Of a stretch of DNA of 64,000 nt, positions 1 through 12,779 are shown one piece after another (positions within the stretch are counted from its first letter, which is position 1; each line of letters opens with the position of its first letter). The DNA comes from Octopus sinensis. Lineage: Eukaryota. A program made the translations under genes and the position numbers. The stretch lies in NCBI RefSeq assembly GCF_006345805.1, contig NC_043000.1, positions 41,416,001 to 41,480,000 on the forward strand. The letters run 5' to 3'. Under the pieces are notes generated by a model. That model saw only the letters and a program-made list of their open reading frames with translations. It was not told the origin of the DNA and ran no database searches.

Positions 1-629
1 CTTATGTAAAAATAAACCCCCCCAAAAAATAACTGTTAGTTAGAGTCACGGCTATGATAATAGGTTTGCTCGATCAGCAAGGACCTGAGGCTAAAAAAAA
101 CAGCAACAAGAACAACACTGCCAACAATAGCCTCATCAGCAGCATTAGCGGAGTTATATTCTTATTCTAAATTTCTGTCTAATCACCATCACGTTCTTCC
201 TTATGCACAGGGCTGCTTTACTAAGTTAGTGTGATGTTATTCATAGAAAGGGCCTGTTTGAAGGTTTTTAATCCGCGAAGGTTGTTTTGAGCGCACGCAA
301 TAAAGAAGTAGACAAGGTAATTATTGAATTCCTTCCAGGCAAAACAAAATCCGAAACACTAAAGACTCAGACAAGACAAGGTGAGTTTAAGCATATACCT
401 CTAAAGAGTAGACCACTTAAGCGAGCGTCGGCTTAATGCTAATTTGTGATAAATAACTTATAACCTAATCTCAGTGTCTCCTCCTTTGTCTCAGTACACA
501 CACACACAAACACACATACGCGCGCGCGCACACACACATATGCACACACGCACAAACACACACACATACGCACGCACACATTCACACAAACACACATACA
601 CATGTGTGCGTGCTCTCACACGTATATGC

Positions 630-678
<49 letters not shown>

Positions 679-1300
679 TATATGTGTGTATCTATGTATA
701 TAAATATAAATTCATATGCACAAATACATATGCATATATGGAAACTTATAAACACACATATGCATATACATACATTCGCACATACGCACTTAAATAAATA
801 CTAATGTGCGCGTGTTTATGTATGAGAGTTGTGGAAATTATCTGCTATTCCATAGCTCATAGCTTCATTTCAAAGAGCATTATTCAAATGATATCTCAGT
901 TAGATTCTCTAAAAACAAATAAACCACACTTGTCATCTAGTCTCCATACAATCAAACTATATTTTCCTAAAAGTCATGTCAATTTCGGAGAATAATTGAT
1001 TCTTGGGATTATCTCCCTTTCTCTCTGGGACTTGTCGTAGTTGTCAGGAAGCATTTGTTTTCTCTTAAAGGGAAAATAATTTCAATGAATCAAAATCTTA
1101 TTCAATATGGTATTTAATACACCTTAATTCGTCTTTATTCTCCATGAGTCACTTTGAGTTATTTCTCTTACTAATTTTCCTTATACTATGAAAATTACCC
1201 TTGGTCAGATCTTTATCTACACACATAAGAGTCACGTCTGCTGGAGTGACGGTAAGAAAACTGCGGTATAGATGAGGCTACTTTTGCACATTGCGATGTA

Positions 1301-1519
1301 TTATCTAGGTTTCTGTAAATTTTCATTACTGACACTAGCTCGGTTAATTAGTGATTCAGTTTTGCGTAAAGTGTCTATGGCACCAGAGTAATTAAAAATT
1401 CGTAGGCTCCTTTCTTGTAATATTGGTGCAGCTGATGCTAGTCTCGAACATTTATCCATCAATACAGGCAGAAATAAAAATACGACTAGAAGAGGCTTCA
1501 ACGTTTGTTTCAAATGTTT
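1301..1519 (-). CDS. Candidate terminal coding exon of a small secreted peptide precursor (unverified)
   Basis: Open frame KHLKQTLKPLLVVFLFLPVLMDKCSRLASAAPILQERSLRIFNYSGAIDTLRKTESLINRASVSNENLQKPR* directly after a possible acceptor (taactaagttacttctgctag|); basic n-region, hydrophobic core, ASA|AP cleavage-like site; AATAAA at 1139-1134; non-repetitive DNA. No in-frame ATG before the hydrophobic core (the track uses TTG). Confidence 0.25.
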   Translation of the reverse strand, partial: KHLKQTLKPLLVVFLFLPVLMDKCSRLASAAPILQERSLRIFNYSGAIDTLRKTESLINRASVSNENLQKPR

Positions 1520-2204
1520 CTAGCAGAAGTAACTTAGTTAAACCTAGTCAAGAGTAAGATTGTGGAGTTTGGGTTCTTGAATCACTCCCAGCTCAGTACT
1601 GTTGAGCTAAACCTATTATCAAAGGCATTCCATCTTTTAACATCCTATCTTTTTCACATATAGTGTGTCCAGGACATCGTTATCTTGTGTGTCATTCATT
1701 TATCAAAAACATTATGGTCTGGTTGGAGAATGATTTAGCAAGTATTTATAGAGACCCAGTGATCACATAGAAGCGTTTCTATAGGCTTTATCTTTTTGAT
1801 GCTAAATAGGATATGTGAGGCATATCACTCTTATAAAATAATTACACACACAGAGACACACACATGACTGAGGGTGTTAGAAACATCTACATTGCTAGAA
1901 ATAACAACTCAACGCTCTAATGCTGCAGTCAAAGTACATAATTGTATACATACATGCTAACAGGGACCGTAATCACCCGAATAGCAGCGGTCGCGGGCGA
2001 TTATGGTACCTGTTAGCATGTATGTATACAATTATGTGCTTTAACTGCAGCATTAGAGCGCTTAGCTCTTTTTTTTCTTGCAATGTAAGTGTTTCTAACA
2101 CCCTCAGTCATACTGTCATACTTAATGTCGGTTATAGTTTTGTTTTTTGGTACATATTTACTTACCGTTGCCTACATTGATTATGTGTATATAAATATAT
2201 CAGA

Positions 2205-3514
2205 AAATGATCAGTTAATCGAATTTCTCTAATGGTACAAGTGATCGAATTTGCGCAAACACATTATTAATCGAATTTCAGAAAATGATTAGCTAATTGA
2301 ATTTCGTAAATCAGTCAATTTATCGAGTCCCTGCAAACGGACAATTGATATAATTTCTGCAAACGGAAGCTTAAAAGAAATTCAAAAATTCAAGACGAAG
2401 TCTGCTAGTCGAATTTCCAAAACGAACAGTTGATCGAATTTACACAGTTAGACAGTTGATCAAATTATTGCAGCCGGACTATTGATCAAGTTTCCAAAAT
2501 GAACAGTTGATCGAATATACACAATTAGACAGTTGATCGAATTTACACAATTAGACAGCTGATCGAATTTTCGCAACCGGACTATTGATCAAATTTCCCA
2601 AACTGGACAATTTATCGAATTTATGCAAATGGATAACTGACTGAAATCAAAATATGGTCAGTTGATTAAATTATCCAAAGCGTACAAGTGATCAAATTTT
2701 TGGAAGCAGACTCTAGATCGAATTTCACGAAATTGTCAGTTGATGGGATTTGGCATAGCAGAAAATTGGTCGAATTTAAATGGCCAATTGATTGAATTTC
2801 TAAAAACGTGCAATCGAATTCCATAAATTGGTCAGTTGATCAAATTTCCATAAATGGACAATTGATCAAATTTATACAACCGGACAATTAGTTGAATTTT
2901 ATAAGATGGTGAGACGATTTAATTATTCCTATGCCCACAACTAAATGAATTTTTCCAAATAGTCAATTGATTATATTTTCTTGACGTGACAGTTGAACGA
3001 ATTTCATAAAATGATCAGTTTATCATATATCTTCCTGAACCAATAGTTCTAAATTTCTTCAGAGTATGAATTGTTTGAATTTCAAATTAGCTCAGCCGAT
3101 TACAACCGGTTCCGACTAGTTCTAATCAATTCTGATCGGATGTTAGATCGAGTTACTTGTCAAAGAATTTCACTAATGGAAATTTTATGTTAATTACAGC
3201 CACATGACTTTGAAAACATTTGTTATACTACCGCATTTTCTATTCTAACTTCTGTTACGTAATTTTCCAAGCTTCATTACGCAAACTTTCGAATTATCAG
3301 TTTTATAAACGGTTCGGTTGATCATAATTGCTGAAACAAGCAGTCGATCAAATTTCCTCGAAAGGACAGGTGATCGAAATAGTTTCATAAAACGGTTAGT
3401 TGACTAATTTCCCAAATGGTTAGTTAACTAATTTTTCCAAATGATTAGTTATTCGAATAGATAATTTCGGTCAGCTGATCTTCCAAGATGGTCAATTGGT
3501 CGAATTTCAAAACG
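2205..3514. repeat. Degenerate 26-bp minisatellite (roughly 40-45 units), core CAGTTGATCGAATTT
   Basis: Units read directly, e.g. gacagttgatcgaatttacacaatta / gacagctgatcgaattttcgcaaccg / gactattgatcaaatttcccaaactg; less regular at ~3060-3290. Confidence 0.9.
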
Positions 3515-3583
3515 TTTCCGTTCGGCTGCGAGAAATTCCAGTGTGTGTGGGGCCCTGATCAGTTTAGATCAATCAAGAGCTTT

Positions 3584-3830
3584 GGTGAAGGCGCTTGGCT
3601 TTGTGGTTAGGGTGTTGGACTCATGATCGTAAGATTGTGGTTTCGATTCTTGAACCGGGCGATGCGTTGAGTTCTTGAGCAAAACACTTTATTTCACGAT
3701 ACTCCAGTCCACTCAGCTGCCAAAAATGAGTAATCCTGCGACAGACATGCGTGCCATCCAGGTAGGGCATATATACTTCAGGAAAACCGAGAAACCGGCT
3801 CTTATGAGTCAGTATAACTCAAGAAGGAAA
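3584..3830 (+). mobile_element. tRNA-derived SINE (family S4)
   Basis: A-box-like tggctttgtggtt and B-box-like ggtttcgattc; head similar to the S3 copies, different body. Confidence 0.7.
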
Positions 3831-4189
3831 TTCTACTCTTAGTTTTAAGCAAAAATTTTCTATAAGATCATCTACCAATACTTGGCGGTTGATCTCACGC
3901 TAGACAGTTTTGGTTCTGTCTTCAAACGTTAGATTGTCACAATGTACAGCGACAACTGAATAGTGGTTAGGATGAATGGTCACCTATCATAACTATTCAC
4001 TATCATGCTCTCTCACCTCTCCTCCTGAACCTCCATTGCGAAAACTACGGAAGTTGAAGGGGCAGGATGCTGGAGAACTGTGTTAACATACGCAAACAGC
4101 ATTATCGTCATAATTCGGACACCAGATACATGGAGATGTTACTGTTATAAACTTACTGTTATAAACCAACTTATTCGATTCACTTTTGT

Positions 4190-4500
4190 AAGTTTTCCTT
4201 TTGAAATTTTTTTCATTTCTGGCTTTATTCTATCCATCGTTCATTCCATATAGGTTTATTTTCTCATTTTATTCTATATTTCACTGTTTCCGCCTTTTCA
4301 TTTTTGTAACTCTCTTTTTTTTTAGTTTACTTCCATTTTCATTTTTCTTTCTGTATATCTTTACTTTTTAATTTCCATTCTTATTCCACTCTATCTTTCT
4401 TTCTTTCTTCCTTATTTTTATCTCCACTTCCTTTTCTTTCTTTTCCTCTTTTATCTTTACTATACTCGTTCATTTATTTCACTATTTCACATTATATACT
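4190..4500. repeat. Polypyrimidine (T/C-rich) low-complexity tract
   Basis: Almost G-free T/C-rich run. Confidence 0.8.
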
Positions 4501-4513
4501 TGCTTCAATTTTC

Positions 4514-4514
4514 A

Positions 4515-4575
<61 letters not shown>

Positions 4576-4585
4576 TATTATTATT
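4514..4585. repeat. (ATT)n microsatellite
   Basis: Direct reading. Confidence 0.95.
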
Positions 4586-4789
4586 ATCATTATTATGAAC
4601 ACTGTGCCAAAATTTGAAACCATTATCATCATCATCATTATTGTCCTTATTTGTCATTATTGTTGCTTGTACAAATGATCTTGTTGCCATTCTTCATTAT
4701 TTCATTCCATGTTTCTTTAAATCAAAAATGGTGGCGTGGTTAGATGACATAGAAGGGTTCGTTTTTTATTTCTTTTTCTATATTTTCCC

Positions 4790-4835
4790 TTATATATATA
4801 TTATATATATATATATATATAATATATATATATAT

Positions 4836-4893
<58 letters not shown>

Positions 4894-5155
4894 ACTCTCT
4901 CTCTCACTCTTTCTCTCTCTCTCTCTTTATATATATATATCTATATACATGCGTGTATGTGTGCGAGCATATATATATGCATGCGTGTGTTTGTGCATAC
5001 ACGTATGTATATATGTGTACGTATGTATGTATATATATAAACATATATGTGTGTGTATGTGAGTGTATACATATATATGTATACATATGTATGTGTGTAT
5101 ATATATCTGTGTATATATCTATCTATCTACATATATAAATATACAAATATATATG

Positions 5156-5227
<72 letters not shown>

Positions 5228-5765
5228 TATAAATAAAGGTAGAAGGCGTTTAAACACGGTGGCATGTTTGACATGTCCACAATAGACTTCATTCACAACT
5301 CGTATAAAACTTACTGCGTTGTCGTGATTTTTGTGGATTTTATTGTTGTCCTTCTTGTTCTTGTTACTGTAGAATGAATAAAAAGGGTGGATAAAGTACA
5401 TAAAAATTCAGAAAAATAAATACAATTTTCCAAACGACCCGTCTCGTTTTTCTTCCATTGCATACATGCGTAGAGTAGACATAGATGAAAGCTAGACATA
5501 GAAAATATGCACGCTACACACATATATGCATGCATAGACGTGTGTGCACACCAAATGTGCACATATGCAAATATATATACATATATACATATATATCTAC
5601 ATACAGTTACACGTACATATAAGCATACTGGCATGGGTTCACAAACACGTATAAATATATACATACGACGCAGGCGTACACTCGCAGAGACAGCTGCGTA
5701 TACTGAATAGCAAGTAACACCCACCAAACGCATGTATACATACATATGCATATATATATATATAT

Positions 5766-5807
<42 letters not shown>

Positions 5808-6080
5808 TACATATATATGTATATATATATTTTTCAGTATATATATATTATATATAATATATATATATATAATATATATATATATGCATACATATATACA
5901 TACATGCATACATACATACATACATGCATACATGTGTATATATAGGTATATAGATATGTGTGCGTATGCATGTATATATGTATATGGGTATGTATATATG
6001 TATATATGTATATACATATATATGTGTGTGTGTATACGCACATATACACAAATTCGTACACATACTCTTACATATTGACA
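4790..6080. repeat. Compound (TA)n/(TG)n/(TACA)n microsatellite field
   Basis: Direct reading; explains the YI/CV-rich pseudo-ORFs. Confidence 0.9.
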
Positions 6081-6294
6081 TATACGTGTAAATAAAAAAC
6101 GCTCACGAGCATAAGCATGAAGACACATATGTAAGCCTGTACGTGAATACACATTCTTCTCTCATTCCTATAATCATCAGTTTAGACAAAACACTTTTAT
6201 TTCACCGCATACAATGATGACGTCGTAACATAAAACTTGTGACGTTATCGTTTCATGCAAGTCGATATTATCTAATCATAGATTATCAGTTATC

Positions 6295-6592
6295 GGTGAA
6301 GTCGCGCGGTATCTTTATTATGTCATTTAGTATGTGCTATGTTCAAATCCCACCTTAGATTAGCATTTACATCATTTTTGTGACAATAATATACAGGCGG
6401 TGTAATTAAGTACCATTTGCATACTGGGGTCGATCTAATCGACTGCCACCTCCCCCCAAATTTCGGACCTTGTGTTCAAAGTAGAAAAGAATATACAGGC
6501 AGTGTGGTAAGTAGCTTGCTTCTAAACCACATGGTTCCGGGATCAGTCCTACTGTGTGGCAACTCGGGCAAGTGTTTTCTTTTACAGCAAGT
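6295..6592 (+). mobile_element. Degenerate S2 SINE immediately followed by an S1 SINE head
   Basis: aagtaccatttgcatactggggtcgatctaatcgact...gtagaaaaga (S2 core and tail), then gcagtgtggtaagtagcttgc...ggttccggga (S1 head). Confidence 0.7.
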
Positions 6593-6928
6593 TTATAGAT
6601 AGGAAAAGAACAAATCAGAATTAATCATCATACACACACACGCACACGCACGATAGACTAAATGACACATGACACGTAGTCGTAAGTTCAAGTTGTAACA
6701 CACATATATATATATATATATACATATTGATTTAAGTAACAATATATGGATTCAAGTAATCCGGTAGTATTCATAAAATGAAGCTCCTTACTGTCGTGAT
6801 ATTAGAATTTTCTTGTTAAATAAAACTTCATGAAACGGTTTCTCTGTTAATTATGACTCTGTGTGTGTATGTGTGTGCAAACAGGCATACATATATATAT
6901 ATATATATATAGAAATACACACAGACAC

Positions 6929-7011
<83 letters not shown>

Positions 7012-8216
7012 TATATGTATGTATGTATGTAAGAATAGAATATATATTTTATATGTTTAACAATGGAATCTATCTAAGGCATACCTACGCATGTGTGCCT
7101 TCCCCCGGATTTCTTGTCTTATAACGTTTACAAAAACTGATACTTTTTAATGAAATTTTCCATATATACTCTTCAGATTGTGTAGACTATAATTATATCA
7201 GAATTTGTGGTGAAAAAATTTGTAGTTGGGAAGATGAGTTTCAGAAAATTTACCCGAGTTGCTTTGTTTCTTCATAACCTTCAGAAACATGGATACTTTG
7301 TAATGGGATGTTTTACAAATACTTGTAAGTGTGTATAAATTATGATTATATCAGTATTTGACCCGAAAAAGGAAAAAAAAAAAAAAAAAGATTCTGAGCA
7401 CACACACATACATAGTGAAACACATCACTTTTTGTTTTCGAAACTTCATGTTTCATTTTCTAGATATATGTGACGTGTGTCAGTATGTATGTATTCAATC
7501 CCACCAAATATTTTTTCAGGTAAAATTCCGATTTAATCGTAATCCACACACTCTGAAAGGTATTATTGATACCCATTTGTCAGAAAGTTATGAGTAAAGA
7601 AAGCCGTCTCGTAAATTTTTCAAATCTATTCACCCCGCACACTCGGAAAAAGGTTTTCACCGCATATTTTGATATAATCAAAACCAACACCATCTGAAAC
7701 GTATTTCTAGATAATTTCATTAAGAAATATCCATGGAAGCTATGCATCAACAAAGTCGGTGGGGTCACACCTTTGGCGGTATGCCCTCTTTTATATGTTT
7801 TATGCCCTCTCTTATATCTTACTGCATTAAAAAACACATACGGTGCAATCGGGAGTTAAAACAATGTAATTCGTCCACCGAAAATTCTCTTTCAAATATG
7901 TCACCCACAAAAAACAATATATAAAGTATATTATCTACACCCACCGATATATTTATTTAACATTTTTTATTTTATTCTCAAAATATGTGAGATCTTCATG
8001 TGAAGAAAATTTTGAATTTTAGATGTTAAATAGCTTCTATTGTTTTATGTTCGATATCATTGAGCTCCCGCTGAAGATTTCCTTTGGATGAAACCAAGAT
8101 ATTTGATTTTTTTAATATTTAATTATTTAGTTTTGTCATAATTAACATATGACTGTCCACTTCACTGTTTTGAGATTTCTCAGTTTCTGATGTCAAATAC
8201 ATTAAATATACACTAC

Positions 8217-8304
<88 letters not shown>

Positions 8305-8305
8305 A
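8217..8305. repeat. (GATA)n microsatellite
   Basis: Direct reading. Confidence 0.95.
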
Positions 8306-8475
8306 TAGTTAGATAGACTGAGATAAAGAGAAAGACAGTCAGGTAGACTGAGAGAGACAAGTAGATAGATACTTATATTCTGCAGACACGCGTACACACA
8401 CGCAAATGAACAAGTGAAGAATAGATATTTATAATTCGAAGTTTATGTCTAATCGTTAAAGTATAAAACAATCAT

Positions 8476-8530
<55 letters not shown>

Positions 8531-8595
8531 ATATACATACATACAAACATACATCCGTACACACATACGTACATATATTCACACACACACACATG

Positions 8596-9353
8596 CGAGG
8601 TCTGATCATTAAGTATCCGGACCGTTGCCATAGTAACAAAGCTAAAGCACGCAGAGTGAAGCCGCTCGATACAGACTGACCTTTAATTTTGCTATGCATG
8701 CGCACCAAGTTTTAACATTCTAGCTCGCTTCCGGTGTTTACAGCAGTGCTTGGAAAGAACGTATGTAACGTGTGATCGTCGCGTTGACCATGACAGAGAA
8801 ATTTGTCATGGTGATACCTGCTCAGAAGCCTACAACGTAGAGTTGCAATAAGTATATGGAGAGGAATGTATGAGCCGCACACAAGTGCACGAGTGGTTCG
8901 GACATTTCCAAGATGGACGAAAAAATGTTGATAGTGACGAACGCTCTGGCAAACCCGCAATCAGCGGAACTGAGAAAAACATCGCAGATGTGAGAGCAGT
9001 TTTGAGGGGAAATCGTCAAATCACCAATCGTAAGTTATCAGATAATGTGCAGATTAGTTATGGTTCGGTTCAGTCCATTATCACTGAAGATTTTGGTATG
9101 AGACGCGTGTCTACCAAATTTGTGCCAAAACTGCTTTCGGCTCACCGAGAAGACAGTCGAGTTTCAGTTGCGCAAGATCTCCTTCATTGTGTCGAGAACG
9201 ATGAAAACTTTTGAAAAATTTGCGTAGGCCTTTGAGCAGGTATCACCATGACAAATTTCTCAGTCATGGTCAATCTGTGCCAAGTGGTGTCACTCTTCGT
9301 GCTTTAGTTTCGTTACTATAGCAACAGTCCGAATACTTATTGATCAGACCACC
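8596..9353 (+). mobile_element. Non-autonomous mariner derivative with fold-back ends; N-terminal (HTH) transposase fragment
   Basis: Long inverted termini (cgaggtctgatcattaagtatccggac... / ...gtccgaatacttattgatcagaccacc); ORF 8870-9214 with EWFGHFQDGRKNVDSDERSGKP and FVPKLL (WVP-like linker); no DD34D domain. Confidence 0.85.
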
Positions 9354-9379
9354 TATATATATTTATATATGTATATATG

Positions 9380-9415
<36 letters not shown>

Positions 9416-9518
9416 ATCCAAACAAGAAAACACAGAAAAAAAGAGAAAAAAAAACACAGCAACGCAGGACGTGGAACAATTATATATATATATGTATGTA
9501 TATCTATCTATCTACCTA

Positions 9519-9567
<49 letters not shown>

Positions 9568-9590
9568 ATATATATATATATATATATATT

Positions 9591-9672
<82 letters not shown>

Positions 9673-9974
9673 CACACACATATGTATATACGTATATATG
9701 TATATATGCATAATACATACATACATACATACATACAACATACATACATGAATATACACGCGACACACAAACTGGAACTCAAGTTTACACATATACACAC
9801 ACATAGACACTCGTTAAGACTCACGCACACAGACACACAACCGTGGGCAACCGCAAATTTTATTTTTATTGCTGAAAGGTTATTGAAAGTGAAACAAATA
9901 TGAAACTCGGATATTTGAGAAATATCAGAACTACTTATGGGGCGTGCGCTTTTGTCTGGGATAACTGAGGGAAT

Positions 9975-10564
9975 GATAAAAAAAATATGTAATTTGAAGA
10001 GTGCCCGTCAATGAAGATTCTCTTGGATGTCACATGCCTCAAGGGGCGTGGGGATTGTTGGAGACCTTTTGAAGGGCGAGATAAAGGAATGTAATTTGAG
10101 AGGGAATAATCACTGAAGATTCCCTTGTATGTTACATGGGGTAATGGGTGTGGAACTGTCTGGGGGTATTTTGAGTGTTCCAAAAAATTTTAAAGAAAGG
10201 CGAAATTCGTTCCAAAAAGGATAATCACTAAAGATTCCCTTTGTATGTCACATGCATGAACGGATTGTGATTGTCTAGACAATCTGAGGATGAGGCGTGG
10301 AATGGTAAAGCAGTTTAATTTGATCGGGGCCAATCACTCCAGATCTCCTTTCTACTGTCTCTTGAATGATATTGTGAGATATGTTCGTAGATATTTTGTG
10401 AAGCAGATAAAGGAACTTAATTTGAGCAGGGGCAATCATTACCGTCTCATTGTGCGTCACCTGCATGCTGCGTGTAGATTGACTGGTGTATATTGGTAGG
10501 GGAAGGATATAGGAACTTTATTTGAGTAGCGTATTTCTCTAATTTCTCTTTGTGTGCTACATGC
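9975..10564. repeat. Six-unit ~103-bp degenerate tandem array
   Basis: Block gataaaggaa(t/c)(g/t)taatttgag...aatcact..agattccc..tgtatgtcacatgc recurs at ~9975, 10080, 10199, 10304, 10406, 10506. Confidence 0.75.
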
Positions 10565-10905
10565 CTGTACTGCATAGTAATTGATGGTGGTGATAGTGGT
10601 GGTAGCAGTGGCAGTGGTGGTGTATATACATGTGCGTGATGAGCATCACCGTATGTAGCCATCACGCCGTATGAACAACCTTGTGTTGTTGAATAAGACC
10701 GATCTAGGTGCACTATGTCTGATAATAATATAAGAGAGTCACGGCTGGAATACTTTTGATCATAGATCTAATCGATCAAAACTGCCTGAAGTCTAAATAA
10801 CAGCAACAATAACAATTCTGAATCGCATCTCTTCCTTGGATGTAAACGCTAGTTTATAGCAGTTTCCAGTTGTAGTTATAGCTACTTTAGGCACCTGAAG
10901 GCACG

Positions 10906-11600
10906 TTTGAACCCAGCTATGCAAATTAACGAAACGTCCCTTAATTATACAGTTTTTTCATTGTAGTTTTCAATCCAGCAGGAGAGCCTCTACGGGTTAC
11001 TGGATCTTCTAGAAATAGCTACGAGATATCTTTCAAATAGCACATTACTATCTTGAAAAGGAAGATACTCTGGAAATCATATTCCTATGAGGGTCGGCTG
11101 AAAAACTCATAGCATGGCCAAAATGCTTTCATGGAATGTGACCAATTGAGGCTTATTTTAAAATTTATTCTCCTCTCTGGCCCACACACTTTTGAACCCA
11201 GCTGGGCAAACTAATGAAACGTGCTTTAACTATACACTTCTTCGTCCTTAGTTTTCAGTAATAATCCAGCAAAGGAGCCTCAACGGCTTACTTGATTTAA
11301 TAGAAATAGCAGCGAAATATCTTTTAAATAGCACTCTACCGCCTTGAAAAGTATCATACTCTGGAAATTATATTCTCTGTTGTAAAAGTCATAGGCTGAC
11401 CAATATGCTTTCATAGAATGTGACCAAATGAGGCTTATTTTTAAACATAGTCTCCCTTGGGACACCCACACTTCTTCCACCGGTGTTGCAGTGCTTCGAT
11501 CCCATTGGTGAAGAAGCTATCAGTCTGCTGGTAAAAAAAGGTCATCAATAACTAACATGACGTCATCATCATTGCTTTACTATTTCCCACCCAAGTGAGA
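10906..11600 (-). mobile_element. Diverged ~285-bp tandem duplication containing the 3' end of an irritans-like mariner
   Basis: tttgaacccagct...ggaaat(c/t)atatt followed by a mariner TIR-like block occurs twice; minus strand at ~11440-11560 encodes DSFFTNGIEALQHRWKKC...GDYV. Confidence 0.7.
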
Positions 11601-12353
11601 CATTGCCTCTTTGATCAACTGACCGGACATCATTCTCTGATTCACACAACATAAATTAAAAATATTGTACATTATGTATACAAAAGAAAAAAAAGCCTAG
11701 GGTTATTAATATACATTCTTGAAGATAATTCTTTCTTCTATGATGATTCATCATGTTAAACATAACGCAACTAACACCTTGATTTTCTAACAAAAACATC
11801 TTCGCAACATCAGTTGTGAACTAATTAACTGTCTAAACGTACGAACATGATAGCTATCTGCATATGTTAAGGAAACAAAGTGTCAAGGTCCTTAAAATGA
11901 CAAAAATAAATTATATATACACACACACGTTGAAAGCTTTGTTTGGGCAAGAAAAGCAGCAGAAGTAAAACACCATGAGAGAATTTGATTATTATCTTCT
12001 TTTAAATCTGTAAAGTTGTTAATAATTCATGACTCTTTACTATCTTATGGGAAGAAAATGTAAAAAAAAAAAATAAAATAAAATAAAATAAAATGGAAAG
12101 CTTGCCCGAGCTCTAAGGTTTCTTTACATCTGGACAAACTTATACAAACTTATACCTTACAAGTAAGTGTATCTGAGAGTGTTGTAGAATTATTGATACA
12201 CGTGTTTATTATGTAATTCTTTATTGTTACAAGAAAAAGATTAACATGACTTCGAAGTTTTGGCTTGCTCACCGTCTTTATCTATCCAAAAGGGGATTTT
12301 GTTTTTTTAACGTAATATATATATACTACTATTATTATATATATATATAGCCT

Positions 12354-12571
12354 AAGGCGGCGAGGTGATAGAATTGTTAGCACATCAAGCGAAATTCTTA
12401 CCGATATTTCATTTGCTTTTACGTTCTGAGTTCAAAATCCGCCGAGATCAACTTCGTCTTTCATCTTTTCGGGATCGATAGAAAAAGTACCAGTTGAGTA
12501 CTAGGGTCGATATAATCGACTTAACCCCTTCCCCCCGAACTTGCTGGCCTAGTGCCAAAATTTGAAACCAT
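12354..12571 (+). mobile_element. S2 SINE monomer
   Basis: taaggcggcgaggtg head, gttctgagttcaaa B-box region, ggggtcgatataatcgac-type core, gtgccaaaatttgaaacca tail. Confidence 0.85.
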
Positions 12572-12779
12572 TGTTATGTACAGCCTTATATGTACTTCGA
12601 GTACAGACATACACAAGGTTGGAAAGAAATTCCTGTCGCATTTTGAAATGTGAGTGAATCAAATGCCTGTTTGGTCTTAATTGCCATATTGAATAAAGAT
12701 GATGGTCTCCTTCATTATTGATAACATATGCCCATCTATATGGCAAAATAGATAGGATTATTGACTATAGGTAAAATTC

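Noticed and set aside
7130-8130. Possible non-autonomous DNA transposon (unique AT-rich block with short internal duplications)
   Set aside because: No terminal inverted repeats or TSD could be identified by eye.
2205-10564. CRISPR interpretation of the 26-bp and ~103-bp arrays
   Set aside because: Repeats are too degenerate, spacers too short or mutually related, the genome is eukaryotic and no cas genes are present.
12245-12280. Minus-strand hammerhead-like remnant (…cggtgagcaagccaaaacttcgaagtc)
   Set aside because: Core and GAAA are both mutated and stem I does not pair; kept only as a decayed relative.
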